Virus record (IMG/VR): IMGVR_UViG_3300045988_021627
Location: 1 to 33,792 of that record
Origin: a virus
Direction: 5' to 3' (one strand)
Length of the DNA stretch: 33,792 nt
The notes under the pieces are model-generated. The model saw nothing but the letters and a program-made list of their open reading frames with translations. It searched no databases and was not told the DNA's origin. Of this stretch, positions 15,802-24,973 are shown in pieces. Position numbers and translations under genes: made by a program. Position 1 is the first letter of the stretch, and every line of letters starts with the position of its first letter.

Positions 15802-15833
15802 TTTGTTTTCTGATGGTTTACTTCGTACTTTTG
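15802..15833 (+). promoter_or_regulatory. Bacteroidota-type promoter inside the structural module
   Basis: TTTG 15802-15805 and TACTTTTG 15826-15833 are separated by 20 nt. The leader TTTAAAAACAAAAGAGCATG follows. Confidence 0.6.
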
Positions 15834-15857
15834 TGCACTGTTTAAAAACAAAAGAGC

Positions 15858-16202
15858 ATGAAAATCATCAGAAACAACATTATCCCGGTTAAGGGCTTCA
15901 AAGCTATTAACCTATTCGGCATTCTCTTCGTACGTGGTAACGCGGTTATAAGCGAGAAGACGCTAAGACATGAACACATTCACACGATGCAAATGCGTGA
16001 AATGCTGTACGTGCCTTTCTACCTTTGGTACGGTATCGAGTGGGTGATACGTTACTTTGCGTGGAGTTTTGAAAAGAAGCCATGCGACCCGAACGACAAG
16101 CCCTATGACCGCATGAGTTTTGAGAGGGAGGCATACGGCAACGAGCACGATGTATACTACCCGAGGACGAGGAAACATTACAGTTGGTTTAAATACATTT
16201 AA
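15858..16202 (+). CDS. Small HExxH zinc-metallopeptidase-like protein (114 aa)
   Basis: It has an HEHIH motif preceded by AINLFGILFVRGN and followed by Q and FEREAY. The pattern resembles DUF4157-type zincins, but I could not verify this with an HMM. Confidence 0.55.
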   Translation: MKIIRNNIIPVKGFKAINLFGILFVRGNAVISEKTLRHEHIHTMQMREMLYVPFYLWYGIEWVIRYFAWSFEKKPCDPNDKPYDRMSFEREAYGNEHDVYYPRTRKHYSWFKYI

Positions 16203-16204
16203 CT

Positions 16205-16645
16205 ATGAACAAGGAAGTTACCCAATTAGTTAGGCAGATACGCGACGAGATAGTAGCTAACTACTATCGCATGAGGCTTAACGCTTCGGGCCGCTTCGAC
16301 AGAGAAACAGAAGTGGTGGAGTATGCAGGCGGCGTGAAGATAGAAAGCCCGGCATACATCTATCAGATGGAGGACGGGAGGGCGGCTGGTAGCTTCCCAC
16401 CCGTTTCTGCCATCAAGCAGTGGATTAAAGACAAGAACGCGAACGCCGGTACGGACATACCAGAAGAAGCGGCATACGCAATAGCATACGTTATCAAGCG
16501 CGACGGTATTCGTGTACCCAACGAGCACAACGAAGGAGGCGTAGCAAGCAAGATACTAACCCCCGAGATGATGCAACGTATCACAGTAGAGGTGTCCCGG
16601 ATAGTAAGGGCGGAGATATTAACCATTTTAACTAAAAAGCAATGA
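16205..16645 (+). CDS. Hypothetical virion-module protein (146 aa)
   Basis: ORF starting 3 nt after the previous stop. Confidence 0.6.
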   Translation: MNKEVTQLVRQIRDEIVANYYRMRLNASGRFDRETEVVEYAGGVKIESPAYIYQMEDGRAAGSFPPVSAIKQWIKDKNANAGTDIPEEAAYAIAYVIKRDGIRVPNEHNEGGVASKILTPEMMQRITVEVSRIVRAEILTILTKKQ

Positions 16646-17661
16646 TTATAAGAAATCTATTAACTAACGATACGGTAACGGCGGCTGGATTTATGAATAT
16701 CGGAGGCATAGGCGCAGGCATATACCGCCCTATACGTTTGGAGCGGGTGGGTTCGGTTACCAGTATAACCTTTTTCTTTTCGCGTAATGGAGCTTACAAG
16801 GCAGCAGCAACCGTAACCCCATACGAGGGCGCGGTATTGGACATGTCGATGATGGCGGCAGCCACGCCGAGCATAACGGAGAGCATCAACGCAGGCTTGG
16901 GGCTTACCGATTTCGTGGACAACGTGTCTATACAATACCGGGAGGGCACGCTGAAGTCTATCGTCCTCCGAGTAATCCACTCCCCGGCGGCAGACGCCCG
17001 ATTTACGTCAACGGCGAGCACGCGCAACCTATCGGACTACGGTAACGGGCTGTTTAACCAATTGGACTTTAGTTGTGCTTCGTTTCTTAACAGCCCGTTG
17101 ACCGGCGTGCCGTTTAACTTTGCTTTGAGGTATGGTCAATATAAGGCAAACTCGGACGGTAGACTACGTTACAGGTACGGCAGTTCGGTAACATCCGGCA
17201 TTTGGGCTATGACTACCAATACAGACATCGCCAATATGAACACATTTACGTTCAGAACCTACGACGACGCCGACGTATGGGGCTACGCACGTTTTGAACG
17301 TAAGTACCCGTATTGCCCCGACCCCAATAAACGGGTAACGCTCCGATGGCTTAACAGCAAAGGGGCGTATGATACGATGTACTTCGACCAATACCGCATT
17401 GTGCCTACTTATCTGGTTAACTTCTCGGGAGGCAACCGTGTGTTGTCCTACGACGTTACGATAAACGTAGTAGTAACGGAGGATAACCAAAACGCGCTGT
17501 ACTGGCTTTCACGTTCTGGCGAGGTTGCCGGGGTGTTCCCTTTGGCTACCAACCAGTGGGCGCGTGTCACGATACAGAACCCGAATGCGCTGAACATACA
17601 AGGCGGTGCAACGGGACGGGTAGCGGCATTTAAATGCAAGTTTGAAATTATAGAACCTTAA
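16642..17661 (+). CDS. Putative virion structural protein (339 aa)
   Basis: ATGA-coupled ORF in the structural operon. It is Ser/Thr/Asn/Gly-rich, like tail or baseplate proteins. Confidence 0.6.
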   Translation: MIIRNLLTNDTVTAAGFMNIGGIGAGIYRPIRLERVGSVTSITFFFSRNGAYKAAATVTPYEGAVLDMSMMAAATPSITESINAGLGLTDFVDNVSIQYREGTLKSIVLRVIHSPAADARFTSTASTRNLSDYGNGLFNQLDFSCASFLNSPLTGVPFNFALRYGQYKANSDGRLRYRYGSSVTSGIWAMTTNTDIANMNTFTFRTYDDADVWGYARFERKYPYCPDPNKRVTLRWLNSKGAYDTMYFDQYRIVPTYLVNFSGGNRVLSYDVTINVVVTEDNQNALYWLSRSGEVAGVFPLATNQWARVTIQNPNALNIQGGATGRVAAFKCKFEIIEP

Positions 17662-17665
17662 CAAT

Positions 17666-19270
17666 ATGGATTTAACAATACGAATTGATGGCGAAGTGAT
17701 AGACGGCATAACCGCGAACTCGGTGAAGCTGACTATCAACAACCCCGACCCCCTTAAGTTCACGGAGCAAACGGTGAGTTACTCCGGGACAATCAACGTA
17801 CCCCGGTCAGAAGTAAATGACCGTGTGTTCCGTTCCGAGCGTTTTCCGGGGAAGTTCATAAGGACATCCCCGTACCGTGCCGAATTGCATTTCGGGGGCT
17901 TTAGCATTCCGTTTGGCAGCGGTTTGTTCCGTGTACGTGTAACGGCAGACGAGGACGGATATAGCCTTGAACTGATAGAAAACATATCAAAGCTTTCGAC
18001 ATTGCGCGCCCCGGTGGTTGCAATACCTAAGTTTGAAACACCGGCTTATCAGTTTTCGACGTATATAGATAGCCTTAACTACGCGTACCCGAACGACGTT
18101 ATTATACCTACAATATACGCGGCGGACGGGTCAACGCCCGTACTTATGTCCTACATTGCAGACCGAGTCACAAAAAAGGCAGGTGATTACAAGGGCGCAG
18201 AAAGTCAGCTGGTTTTTAAAGGTGCGCACGATGGGCTGGACGGCTCTGTATATTCGGCTAACTACATGATAGCGGAAAGCAACGAGGTTGCAACGTGTTT
18301 TACATACATGGTTGGTTCTGCATTCGATTTAAGGTTTACAAATGATTCGTTTATTGTTCTCCCACCTTCCGCTCCTGCTACGGTTTATCTTAGAAGCAAC
18401 GGCGGTACATTCGCTTTGGCGTTTGCACGCGGTGCTGTAAGACCCGATGGCCACTACAAGTACAGCCCGGTACGCCCGGGTTCTACGTCTTGTTTGGTTA
18501 CGCCAAGACCGACACACGATTTGAACTTCGGTTTCACTACCTCCGCCTCGTCTATGGTATATTCGGGAACGCCTATTACGACAGTGCCGAATACGGAAGC
18601 GTATTTCCTATCGTTCAAGATTAATTCGGTCACAGCCCCTACCTATGCATGGGACTTGGTGGAAACAATGGGCATAGATACGCCTTTCGAGATTGTGCAG
18701 GCATTCTGCAAGGCCTTCTGTTGGACGTATGAATTTAAATCAAGCCCGTTTGCGTTGATACTGAAACCTTTTATCAACCCGTCTACTATTTCTACGTACC
18801 GGGTAGACTGGACGGGGAAAATTGACAAATCGAGCATAAAGGTTGCAGAAGCCGCGGGCGCTGCGAGAACATATGCGGTGCAGGTAGGCTCAATCAAACA
18901 GACGGTAGGCGGTTACGGTGGGGCTATATCTACGCAGGAGACAGTAGGCGAGAGCGCGTTCCCGGTAAATCCCGGTGCGCAAAGACCATATGCCTCTATG
19001 ATTAGGTTGGCAGGCTCGTACGTACCAGATAACTATTTCAACCGTGCAAGCGGTTACCGTGCTACGATAGCAGGGCATTATGACCGTTTTTCCCCTGGGT
19101 GGCAGGTGACGGCTAAAATGAACCTATCATATTTTGATATACAGAAAATGAAGTCCGACGCGCTTTATTTCGTAGGTGAGCTTAACCACTGGTTCTACCT
19201 TAGAACTCTTAGCAATTGGGACGTGTCAACAGGAATTGCGGACGTTACGTTAATTGCAGTTAAAAATTAA
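17666..19270 (+). CDS. Putative virion structural (tail) protein (534 aa)
   Basis: Large ORF immediately upstream of the tape-measure-like gene. I recognise no enzymatic motif. Confidence 0.6.
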   Translation: MDLTIRIDGEVIDGITANSVKLTINNPDPLKFTEQTVSYSGTINVPRSEVNDRVFRSERFPGKFIRTSPYRAELHFGGFSIPFGSGLFRVRVTADEDGYSLELIENISKLSTLRAPVVAIPKFETPAYQFSTYIDSLNYAYPNDVIIPTIYAADGSTPVLMSYIADRVTKKAGDYKGAESQLVFKGAHDGLDGSVYSANYMIAESNEVATCFTYMVGSAFDLRFTNDSFIVLPPSAPATVYLRSNGGTFALAFARGAVRPDGHYKYSPVRPGSTSCLVTPRPTHDLNFGFTTSASSMVYSGTPITTVPNTEAYFLSFKINSVTAPTYAWDLVETMGIDTPFEIVQAFCKAFCWTYEFKSSPFALILKPFINPSTISTYRVDWTGKIDKSSIKVAEAAGAARTYAVQVGSIKQTVGGYGGAISTQETVGESAFPVNPGAQRPYASMIRLAGSYVPDNYFNRASGYRATIAGHYDRFSPGWQVTAKMNLSYFDIQKMKSDALYFVGELNHWFYLRTLSNWDVSTGIADVTLIAVKN

Positions 19271-19281
19271 TAATTTGGATT

Positions 19282-21789
19282 ATGGCAACAGAAAAAGTTA
19301 CTCTATTAGACCTTTCGTTTGATACGTCATCAGCCCTCGATGGGCTGGACGCTCTTATAGCAAAGTCCGTCGAACTGGCAGAAACAAAGAGCCAGCTAAT
19401 GACAGCGCTTAAGGACGAAAAGAAGCAGTTGGACGATGCAGGCAAGGCGTACAAAGCCGGGACAATCGGACAAGACGAGTATAAAAAGGCAGTAGGCGAT
19501 GCGGCAAAGGCTCAAATAGAATTGAAAAAGCAGTTGCTAGATGTCAACGCGTCAATCTCCGATAACAACCGCGAGATAAAGACGAACACGACGCTCTTAA
19601 ACAGCCAGGAGGACAGCGTTGATGCGTTACGTGCGCAGCTTGCAAAGAACACCAAGGAGCTAAACGCAATGAGCGCAGCGACGCGCAACAACACGGACGA
19701 GGGGCAGAAGCTTGTGACTGAAACAAAGGAGATAAGCGACAAGCTTAAGGACATGGAAAAAGCTGTAGGCGATAACCGCAGGAACGTAGGTAACTATGCG
19801 GAAAGCATCCAGGAGGCAATGGGCAGCACGAAGGGGCTTTCCGGGGCTACGGCGGCTATGGCTACCTCTCTATCCGGGGGCGTGAACATCTTAAAAGTGT
19901 TTAATGCTACGTTGAGAGCCAACCCGATATTGGCGGTAGTTTCCGTTATCCTTGTTCTTGTGTCCACTATTGAAAAGCTGATGAAACGCAATAGTGAGAT
20001 GGCGGCAAACCTAAAGGCGGCATTCGCTCCGTTTGAGGTTATCTTCTCGCGCATATTGGACGGCGTTACCGAGCTTCTCGGGGGTGTGGCAAAGGCTTTT
20101 GAATGGGTAACGGAGAAGGTTGTTAACTTGCTTTCGTCTATCGGTCTTATTACCGAGGAGACCACGAAGGCAGCGAACACAGCCAAAGCACTCACCAAGC
20201 AAGAGCTTGCAATATACGAGGCAGAAACCGACAACCTTGTAACGCTGTCGGCGATGCGTAGGGAACTGGAAGCGCAACGTACCATTGTGGGAGACCAACT
20301 AAAGACCGCAGAAGAACGAAACGCGGCAGCGCAAAAGGCTATCGCGATTTCCAAGCAGATGGAAAAAGCCGAAATAGACGTGCTGCAACAGAAGTACAAT
20401 CAAATCAAGGCGCAGAACGAATTGAGTTACACAAGCAAGGAAGACAGACGCGCCGAGATGCAAGCACTGGCAGACCTGCAAGCACGCCAAGCCGATTATA
20501 TCGGGCAGCGTAAAGAGTTGGAGAACCAGGCGAGCGGTATTGTAAAGGCGCAGATAGCAGCCAACGCAGCAGCATACAAGGCATCCGAGGCAGCAAAGGC
20601 ACAAGCCGCAATAAAGGCAGCGCAGAACGCGGAAAACCAAAAGCGCGCTTTGCAAGAAGCTACAATCAAACAGATGGAAACAGCGTTAACGGCTCTTAAC
20701 CTTTCAATGCAAGCTAAGGAACTGGAAAACAATACCATAGAGACGAAGTTAGAAAACGAAAAGGCATACGTAGAGGAAAGTTTAAAGCTTGAAAAGTACA
20801 GATTAGAGCAGGGTCTCATCTCAAAGCAGGAATACGCCAACAAGGAAGCCGAGTTTGATTTAGGCATACAACAGTTGGAGATGCAACGCAAAGAAGAGCA
20901 AGACGCTCTTATGAAGGAACGCGAAGCGATGGACGCGGCAAACTTGCATGAGCTTAAGATGGCAGAAGTTACCAACGAATTCGATATGCGCCAAATGCAA
21001 CTCGATGCGCAATACGCGCAAGAGATGGCGGCAGCCGAGAAGATAGGCGCGGACACCGCGTTGATACAAGCCAAATATGAGAAGGCGAAGGAAGAGAACA
21101 CCAAGGCACGCGTTAATGCAGAACTGACAATGACGGCAGGACTTGCAGGACAAATGTCAACACTGTTAGGGGAGCAAAGTGCTATCGGTAAGGCATTTGC
21201 GGTTGTTCAAGCGACAATAAATACTTACTTAGGTGCAACAAAAGCGCTGGCAAGCGGTGGTATATTCGGTATTGCACAAGCCGCTATCGTGATTGCTTTC
21301 GGTATGAAACAAGTTGCTACGATTGCAAAGCAGAAAGACCCCGATACGAAAATTAACACATCGGTCAAGAAGTATGCAAAAGGTGGGCAGATATACGGGC
21401 GTTCCCATGCGCAGGGCGGTGTGACGTTCCGGGGCGATAACGGGCAGGTGTTCGAGGCAGAGGGCGGTGAAAACGTTTATATCCTGAAGAAGACAGCAAG
21501 CGCCGAGATTAACGCACTGTCTGCACTCAATGAGGCGCACGGGGGCAATTCGTTCGGTACGTCGGGGCTTTACAAGTTTGCTGATGGCGGTATGGTTGCC
21601 GGGCTTTCCGAAGCTAACCGGGTAGTTAAGCAAGCTGGGAGCATGAAGTTATCAAACGAAAGTATTAACCAACTCGCCGGGGTAGTTATCGACGCAGTGA
21701 TGAGCATGCCTAACCCCGTTGTATCGGTGCAGGACATCAACAACGGACAAAACGATGTTTCGGTAGTCCAGGGGTTGGCAACATTTTAA
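19282..21789 (+). CDS. Tape-measure-like protein or ejection protein (835 aa)
   Basis: Long Ala/Lys/Glu/Gln coiled-coil stretches. Hydrophobic segments PILAVVSVILVLVSTI and GIFGIAQAAIVIAFGM. Gly-rich C-terminal motif GGQIYGRSHAQGGVTFRGDNGQVFEAEGGE. Confidence 0.6.
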   Translation: MATEKVTLLDLSFDTSSALDGLDALIAKSVELAETKSQLMTALKDEKKQLDDAGKAYKAGTIGQDEYKKAVGDAAKAQIELKKQLLDVNASISDNNREIKTNTTLLNSQEDSVDALRAQLAKNTKELNAMSAATRNNTDEGQKLVTETKEISDKLKDMEKAVGDNRRNVGNYAESIQEAMGSTKGLSGATAAMATSLSGGVNILKVFNATLRANPILAVVSVILVLVSTIEKLMKRNSEMAANLKAAFAPFEVIFSRILDGVTELLGGVAKAFEWVTEKVVNLLSSIGLITEETTKAANTAKALTKQELAIYEAETDNLVTLSAMRRELEAQRTIVGDQLKTAEERNAAAQKAIAISKQMEKAEIDVLQQKYNQIKAQNELSYTSKEDRRAEMQALADLQARQADYIGQRKELENQASGIVKAQIAANAAAYKASEAAKAQAAIKAAQNAENQKRALQEATIKQMETALTALNLSMQAKELENNTIETKLENEKAYVEESLKLEKYRLEQGLISKQEYANKEAEFDLGIQQLEMQRKEEQDALMKEREAMDAANLHELKMAEVTNEFDMRQMQLDAQYAQEMAAAEKIGADTALIQAKYEKAKEENTKARVNAELTMTAGLAGQMSTLLGEQSAIGKAFAVVQATINTYLGATKALASGGIFGIAQAAIVIAFGMKQVATIAKQKDPDTKINTSVKKYAKGGQIYGRSHAQGGVTFRGDNGQVFEAEGGENVYILKKTASAEINALSALNEAHGGNSFGTSGLYKFADGGMVAGLSEANRVVKQAGSMKLSNESINQLAGVVIDAVMSMPNPVVSVQDINNGQNDVSVVQGLATF

Positions 21790-21831
21790 ACCATTAACTC
21801 GTACAGAGATGGCAGTTTACTATATACTGCC

Positions 21832-21839
21832 TATCTTTG
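21832..21839 (+). promoter_or_regulatory. Candidate -7 box (TATCTTTG) upstream of the protease/scaffold gene
   Basis: TAnnTTTG match 27 nt before ATG 21866. I see no clear -33 element. Confidence 0.4.
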
Positions 21840-21865
21840 CACGTGTTACAACAAAAGCAAATTAT

Positions 21866-22837
21866 ATGAAATTTAAGAAACTTAGAATTATTCAAGCCGG
21901 GGTGACTACCAACTTTGGAGTACATGAAGGCAAGGAATTTCCGTTAGTCATTACGGAGACCGCAGTTCAAAGCGTTGTAACGCTCGGCAACCTAAAGCCT
22001 ATCCATTGCAGGCGCACCCATAACGGGGCGGATATGCTGGACGGCTATTTAGGAAAATTCACTAACTTCGTGTTTGAAGACGGCGTAGCCTATGCCGATT
22101 TGGAATTATCCGAAGCCCTACAAGCCGCCTACCCATCAGAGGCAAAATTCATCTCCGAGATGATAAAGAACGAACCCGATATGCTGGGCGTTTCGGTGGT
22201 AGGCATAAACAATCAGACATTAAACGGTGATGTGCTGGAAGTTACCGAATTTTTTGAGTTATACTCTTGCGATTTGGTCGGTTTACCAGCAGCCACCACA
22301 AGCTTATTTAATAATCAAAACGAAAAGAAGATGAACAAATTTTTTAGTTCTTTCGCAGAGCTATTCAAGAAGTCGAGTTTTGCGACCGAGACAGTAGAAA
22401 CCGTAGACGGCTCAAGCATCACGATTGAAGCGGCTGGCGAAACAATGGCTATCGGTGACAAGGTTTTCGATAGCGAAGGCAACGTTCACCCGGACGGCAA
22501 AGTAGAAGTGCAGGTTGAGGACGGTGTATTGGTTATCACCATTGCAAACGGAGTTATCGAAAGCGTAGAAGCTAAGGTAGAAGAAGAGGAAAAAGAAGAA
22601 GAAATTGAAGTTGAAACCCCGGCTACCGCTGATGTACCCGAAGAGTTTGCAAACCGTATGGCAGCTTTGGAAACCTCGGTTACTGAACTTACCGCAACAC
22701 TGGAAGCTATGACGGCTCAATTTAACAGAGCGACACCGAAACCCGGCGTACCGCCCGTTAACATGCCGAAGAAGAAAGAAACAAAATTATCAAAAGAGGC
22801 TGTAGCAGAAGCAGCTAAAAGATTTTACAACAAATAA
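21866..22837 (+). CDS. Prohead protease fused to a scaffold-like C-terminal domain
   Basis: I use ATG 21866 (MKFKKLRIIQ...). The N-terminal half has RRTHNG, GVSVVG and ELYSCDLVGLPAATTS, resembling HK97-type (S78/U35) proteases. The C-terminal half is an acidic coiled coil (EEEEKEEEIEVE). The gene is directly upstream of the capsid gene. Confidence 0.6.
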   Translation: MKFKKLRIIQAGVTTNFGVHEGKEFPLVITETAVQSVVTLGNLKPIHCRRTHNGADMLDGYLGKFTNFVFEDGVAYADLELSEALQAAYPSEAKFISEMIKNEPDMLGVSVVGINNQTLNGDVLEVTEFFELYSCDLVGLPAATTSLFNNQNEKKMNKFFSSFAELFKKSSFATETVETVDGSSITIEAAGETMAIGDKVFDSEGNVHPDGKVEVQVEDGVLVITIANGVIESVEAKVEEEEKEEEIEVETPATADVPEEFANRMAALETSVTELTATLEAMTAQFNRATPKPGVPPVNMPKKKETKLSKEAVAEAAKRFYNK

Positions 22838-22854
22838 CTAAAAAACAAAAGATT

Positions 22855-23805
22855 ATGGCTCTTACATTTACAGACCTTAACAGATTAAACCTCAACTCAT
22901 TAAACGAGGTTATTTCCTTAACCGTAGGACTTGCCGGCGAAATCGCACAAGGCATCACAGTGATGAACGGTATCCCTAACGGTACACCCGTTGTTTCCCT
23001 TACAGCAGCCGGCAAGGCTTTGCGTAAATCAGCAGGATGTAACGGTGAATACTTTTATAATAGCGTAGCTGACAAGGTTAAATATTACCAGCACGTACCT
23101 ATCGAATTGCCTATTGAGATTTGCTTGCAAAGCTTGTGGGGTAAGATGGTTGCAAAGGGTATCAACCTCGACGATAACTTCTCTGAAACCGAATTGGCTG
23201 GTTTTATCCAGTCCGAGGTATTGAAGGTATTGGAAGCTGATTTGCTTCGCTTGGCTTGGTTGGACGGTAACGTAAAGACAGAAGTAACTGGTTACGGTAT
23301 CTTCACTAACGGCGGTATTATCAAGCAGTACAAGGACAGCACAATGACTGAAAACATATTGGTTCTCGATACTGATGGTGTTCTCGCTGCATTGCGTGGC
23401 GCTATAGACGCACAGCGCCCCGATACGCTTGACAACTCTGAGTTCTTCGTTACTTCCAACGTTATGCGCTTGTACAAGAACTTGTTGCAGACACGTGATA
23501 ACAGCGTAGCGCAGTCCGATATCGTAGACGGCCGCCCGGTGTATTACTTCGAGGGTTACAAGATTAACGAGCTGAGACACGTTTCTAATGCAGCTATCGC
23601 TGACGGTTTGGACACCGCATTTATCGCGTTCACTCCGAAAGATAACCTTCAGATTGCACTTGAAAGCGCTGGTACAGTTATCGCTCCGTTCATCCAAGAT
23701 GCTAAGAGCCGTAACTACTACTCACAGACTTTGCTCGCGGCTGATGTTATGTTGGTAGCACCCGAGAAGATGCAGTTGTGGTCGACCGCAAGAGCAGCTG
23801 GATAA
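22855..23805 (+). CDS. Major capsid protein (HK97-fold type expected)
   Basis: 316 aa. It follows the protease/scaffold gene, has the conserved leader CTAAAAAACAAAAGATTATG, and is followed by a strong terminator. Confidence 0.7.
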   Translation: MALTFTDLNRLNLNSLNEVISLTVGLAGEIAQGITVMNGIPNGTPVVSLTAAGKALRKSAGCNGEYFYNSVADKVKYYQHVPIELPIEICLQSLWGKMVAKGINLDDNFSETELAGFIQSEVLKVLEADLLRLAWLDGNVKTEVTGYGIFTNGGIIKQYKDSTMTENILVLDTDGVLAALRGAIDAQRPDTLDNSEFFVTSNVMRLYKNLLQTRDNSVAQSDIVDGRPVYYFEGYKINELRHVSNAAIADGLDTAFIAFTPKDNLQIALESAGTVIAPFIQDAKSRNYYSQTLLAADVMLVAPEKMQLWSTARAAG

Positions 23806-23828
23806 ATAAATCATTTACTAATTAAAAG

Positions 23829-23860
23829 GGGGTTGGGATATTAACCCAGCCCCTTTTTTA
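23829..23860 (+). terminator. Rho-independent terminator or attenuator after the capsid gene
   Basis: A 9-bp stem, GGGGTTGGG (23829-23837) with CCCAGCCCC (23845-23853), is followed by TTTTTTATTT. Confidence 0.8.
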
Positions 23861-23871
23861 TTTCAAATAAT

Positions 23872-24399
23872 ATGGGAAAACAATGTTTAAATAAGCTTAG
23901 CGGCAATATTACGGTAGGGTGTGCCATCAACCCGGTGGGCGTTAAAAACCTATACCTAATGCACGTTGAGGATACGACGTTTAACGTAAACGAACTGATT
24001 GTGCAGGGTGCAACTTTTGCGAGCGGTGCAACCGTTATTCTCGTAGAAGGGTACAAACAAAATATCCAGGTTACTGCTTCGATGCTTTCTTTGGACGCTT
24101 CGGCAAAGATGAATTTTTCGGTGTCCTTCAAATTGCAACGTTCCGTTTCTGGAGCGCATTCAAAGCTTCGTTCCTTACTTACGGGCAAGTTCTACGTAAT
24201 GGCAGAATATAATGACGGTTCTAATATGGTTATGGGGTGTCTAACTCCGTTAGAGTGTTCCGGCATAGATTGGGATAGCAACGCCAATTCCGGGCTTGCA
24301 ACCATCACTTTGGCGTGCCCCGAGGGTTCGGCAGGTGATTATTTTAGGTTTGCCGACGCAAAGGCGTTAGGTCAAATCAAATCAAAAGTAGGAGGTTAA
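23872..24399 (+). CDS. Structural paralog 1 of 3 (175 aa); candidate major tail or decoration protein
   Basis: It shares an N-terminal C-x11-C pair and overall pattern with the next two genes. Confidence 0.6.
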   Translation: MGKQCLNKLSGNITVGCAINPVGVKNLYLMHVEDTTFNVNELIVQGATFASGATVILVEGYKQNIQVTASMLSLDASAKMNFSVSFKLQRSVSGAHSKLRSLLTGKFYVMAEYNDGSNMVMGCLTPLECSGIDWDSNANSGLATITLACPEGSAGDYFRFADAKALGQIKSKVGG

Positions 24400-24403
24400 A
24401 GAT

Positions 24404-24943
24404 ATGGCATGTATTTCAAAATTGGCAAGAGCAATTCCTTATAATTGCGACAGCGGCGCGACTGGCTTAAATAGCGCGATTATCATTAATAAGGCGGACA
24501 TCGCCAGCTTTTCAGTGGACGGCAGCACTATGGTTGTGTCGGGGGTCACTTTAGCGGCAGGGGCGAAGGCTTACAAAATCGACACGGTTAAGAGGTCACT
24601 TGTTTTGTCTACCGCGTTGAAGGTTAACGACGGCGCTCCAAATGCAAACACGCATTCCGCGTCAATTGTATTTACCGATACGGTAGACGTCGCTTGGCGT
24701 CAAGTTATGCAGTCCTTTACTAACGGTTCGTTTGTGATTATCGCGAAGCCTACCGATGGGATGTTTCCGCGCGTCTACGGACTGTATTACGGACTATCTG
24801 CTACGGCAATAGATAACAATTCGCATGAGAACGGTAACTGGACTACGTTCACTTTGGAAACGCCCGAAAACGTTATCGGTGAGGATTCCGTAGCTATGAC
24901 AGTGGCAGACTACGACGCCCTTTATAAGGCAGCAGTAGAATAG
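24404..24943 (+). CDS. Structural paralog 2 of 3 (179 aa)
   Basis: It starts MACISKLA...C, against MACIGKIA...C in paralog 3. A shared YGL motif occurs in the C-terminal half. Confidence 0.65.
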   Translation: MACISKLARAIPYNCDSGATGLNSAIIINKADIASFSVDGSTMVVSGVTLAAGAKAYKIDTVKRSLVLSTALKVNDGAPNANTHSASIVFTDTVDVAWRQVMQSFTNGSFVIIAKPTDGMFPRVYGLYYGLSATAIDNNSHENGNWTTFTLETPENVIGEDSVAMTVADYDALYKAAVE

Positions 24944-24973
24944 TAATTAATTAAAAAAGAAAGGAAAAATAAT

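Noticed and set aside
19794-21104. Long minus-strand ORFs (201 aa, 202 aa and others) antisense to the tape-measure-like gene
   Set aside because: These are shadow ORFs, typical of the antisense strand of GCN/AAR-rich coiled-coil genes. Their products are low-complexity, Ser/Ala/Cys-rich sequences, and they have no start context.
23029-23697. A 222-aa minus-strand ORF antisense to the major capsid gene
   Set aside because: It lies entirely within a well-supported plus-strand gene. It has no promoter or leader, and every other gene is on the plus strand.
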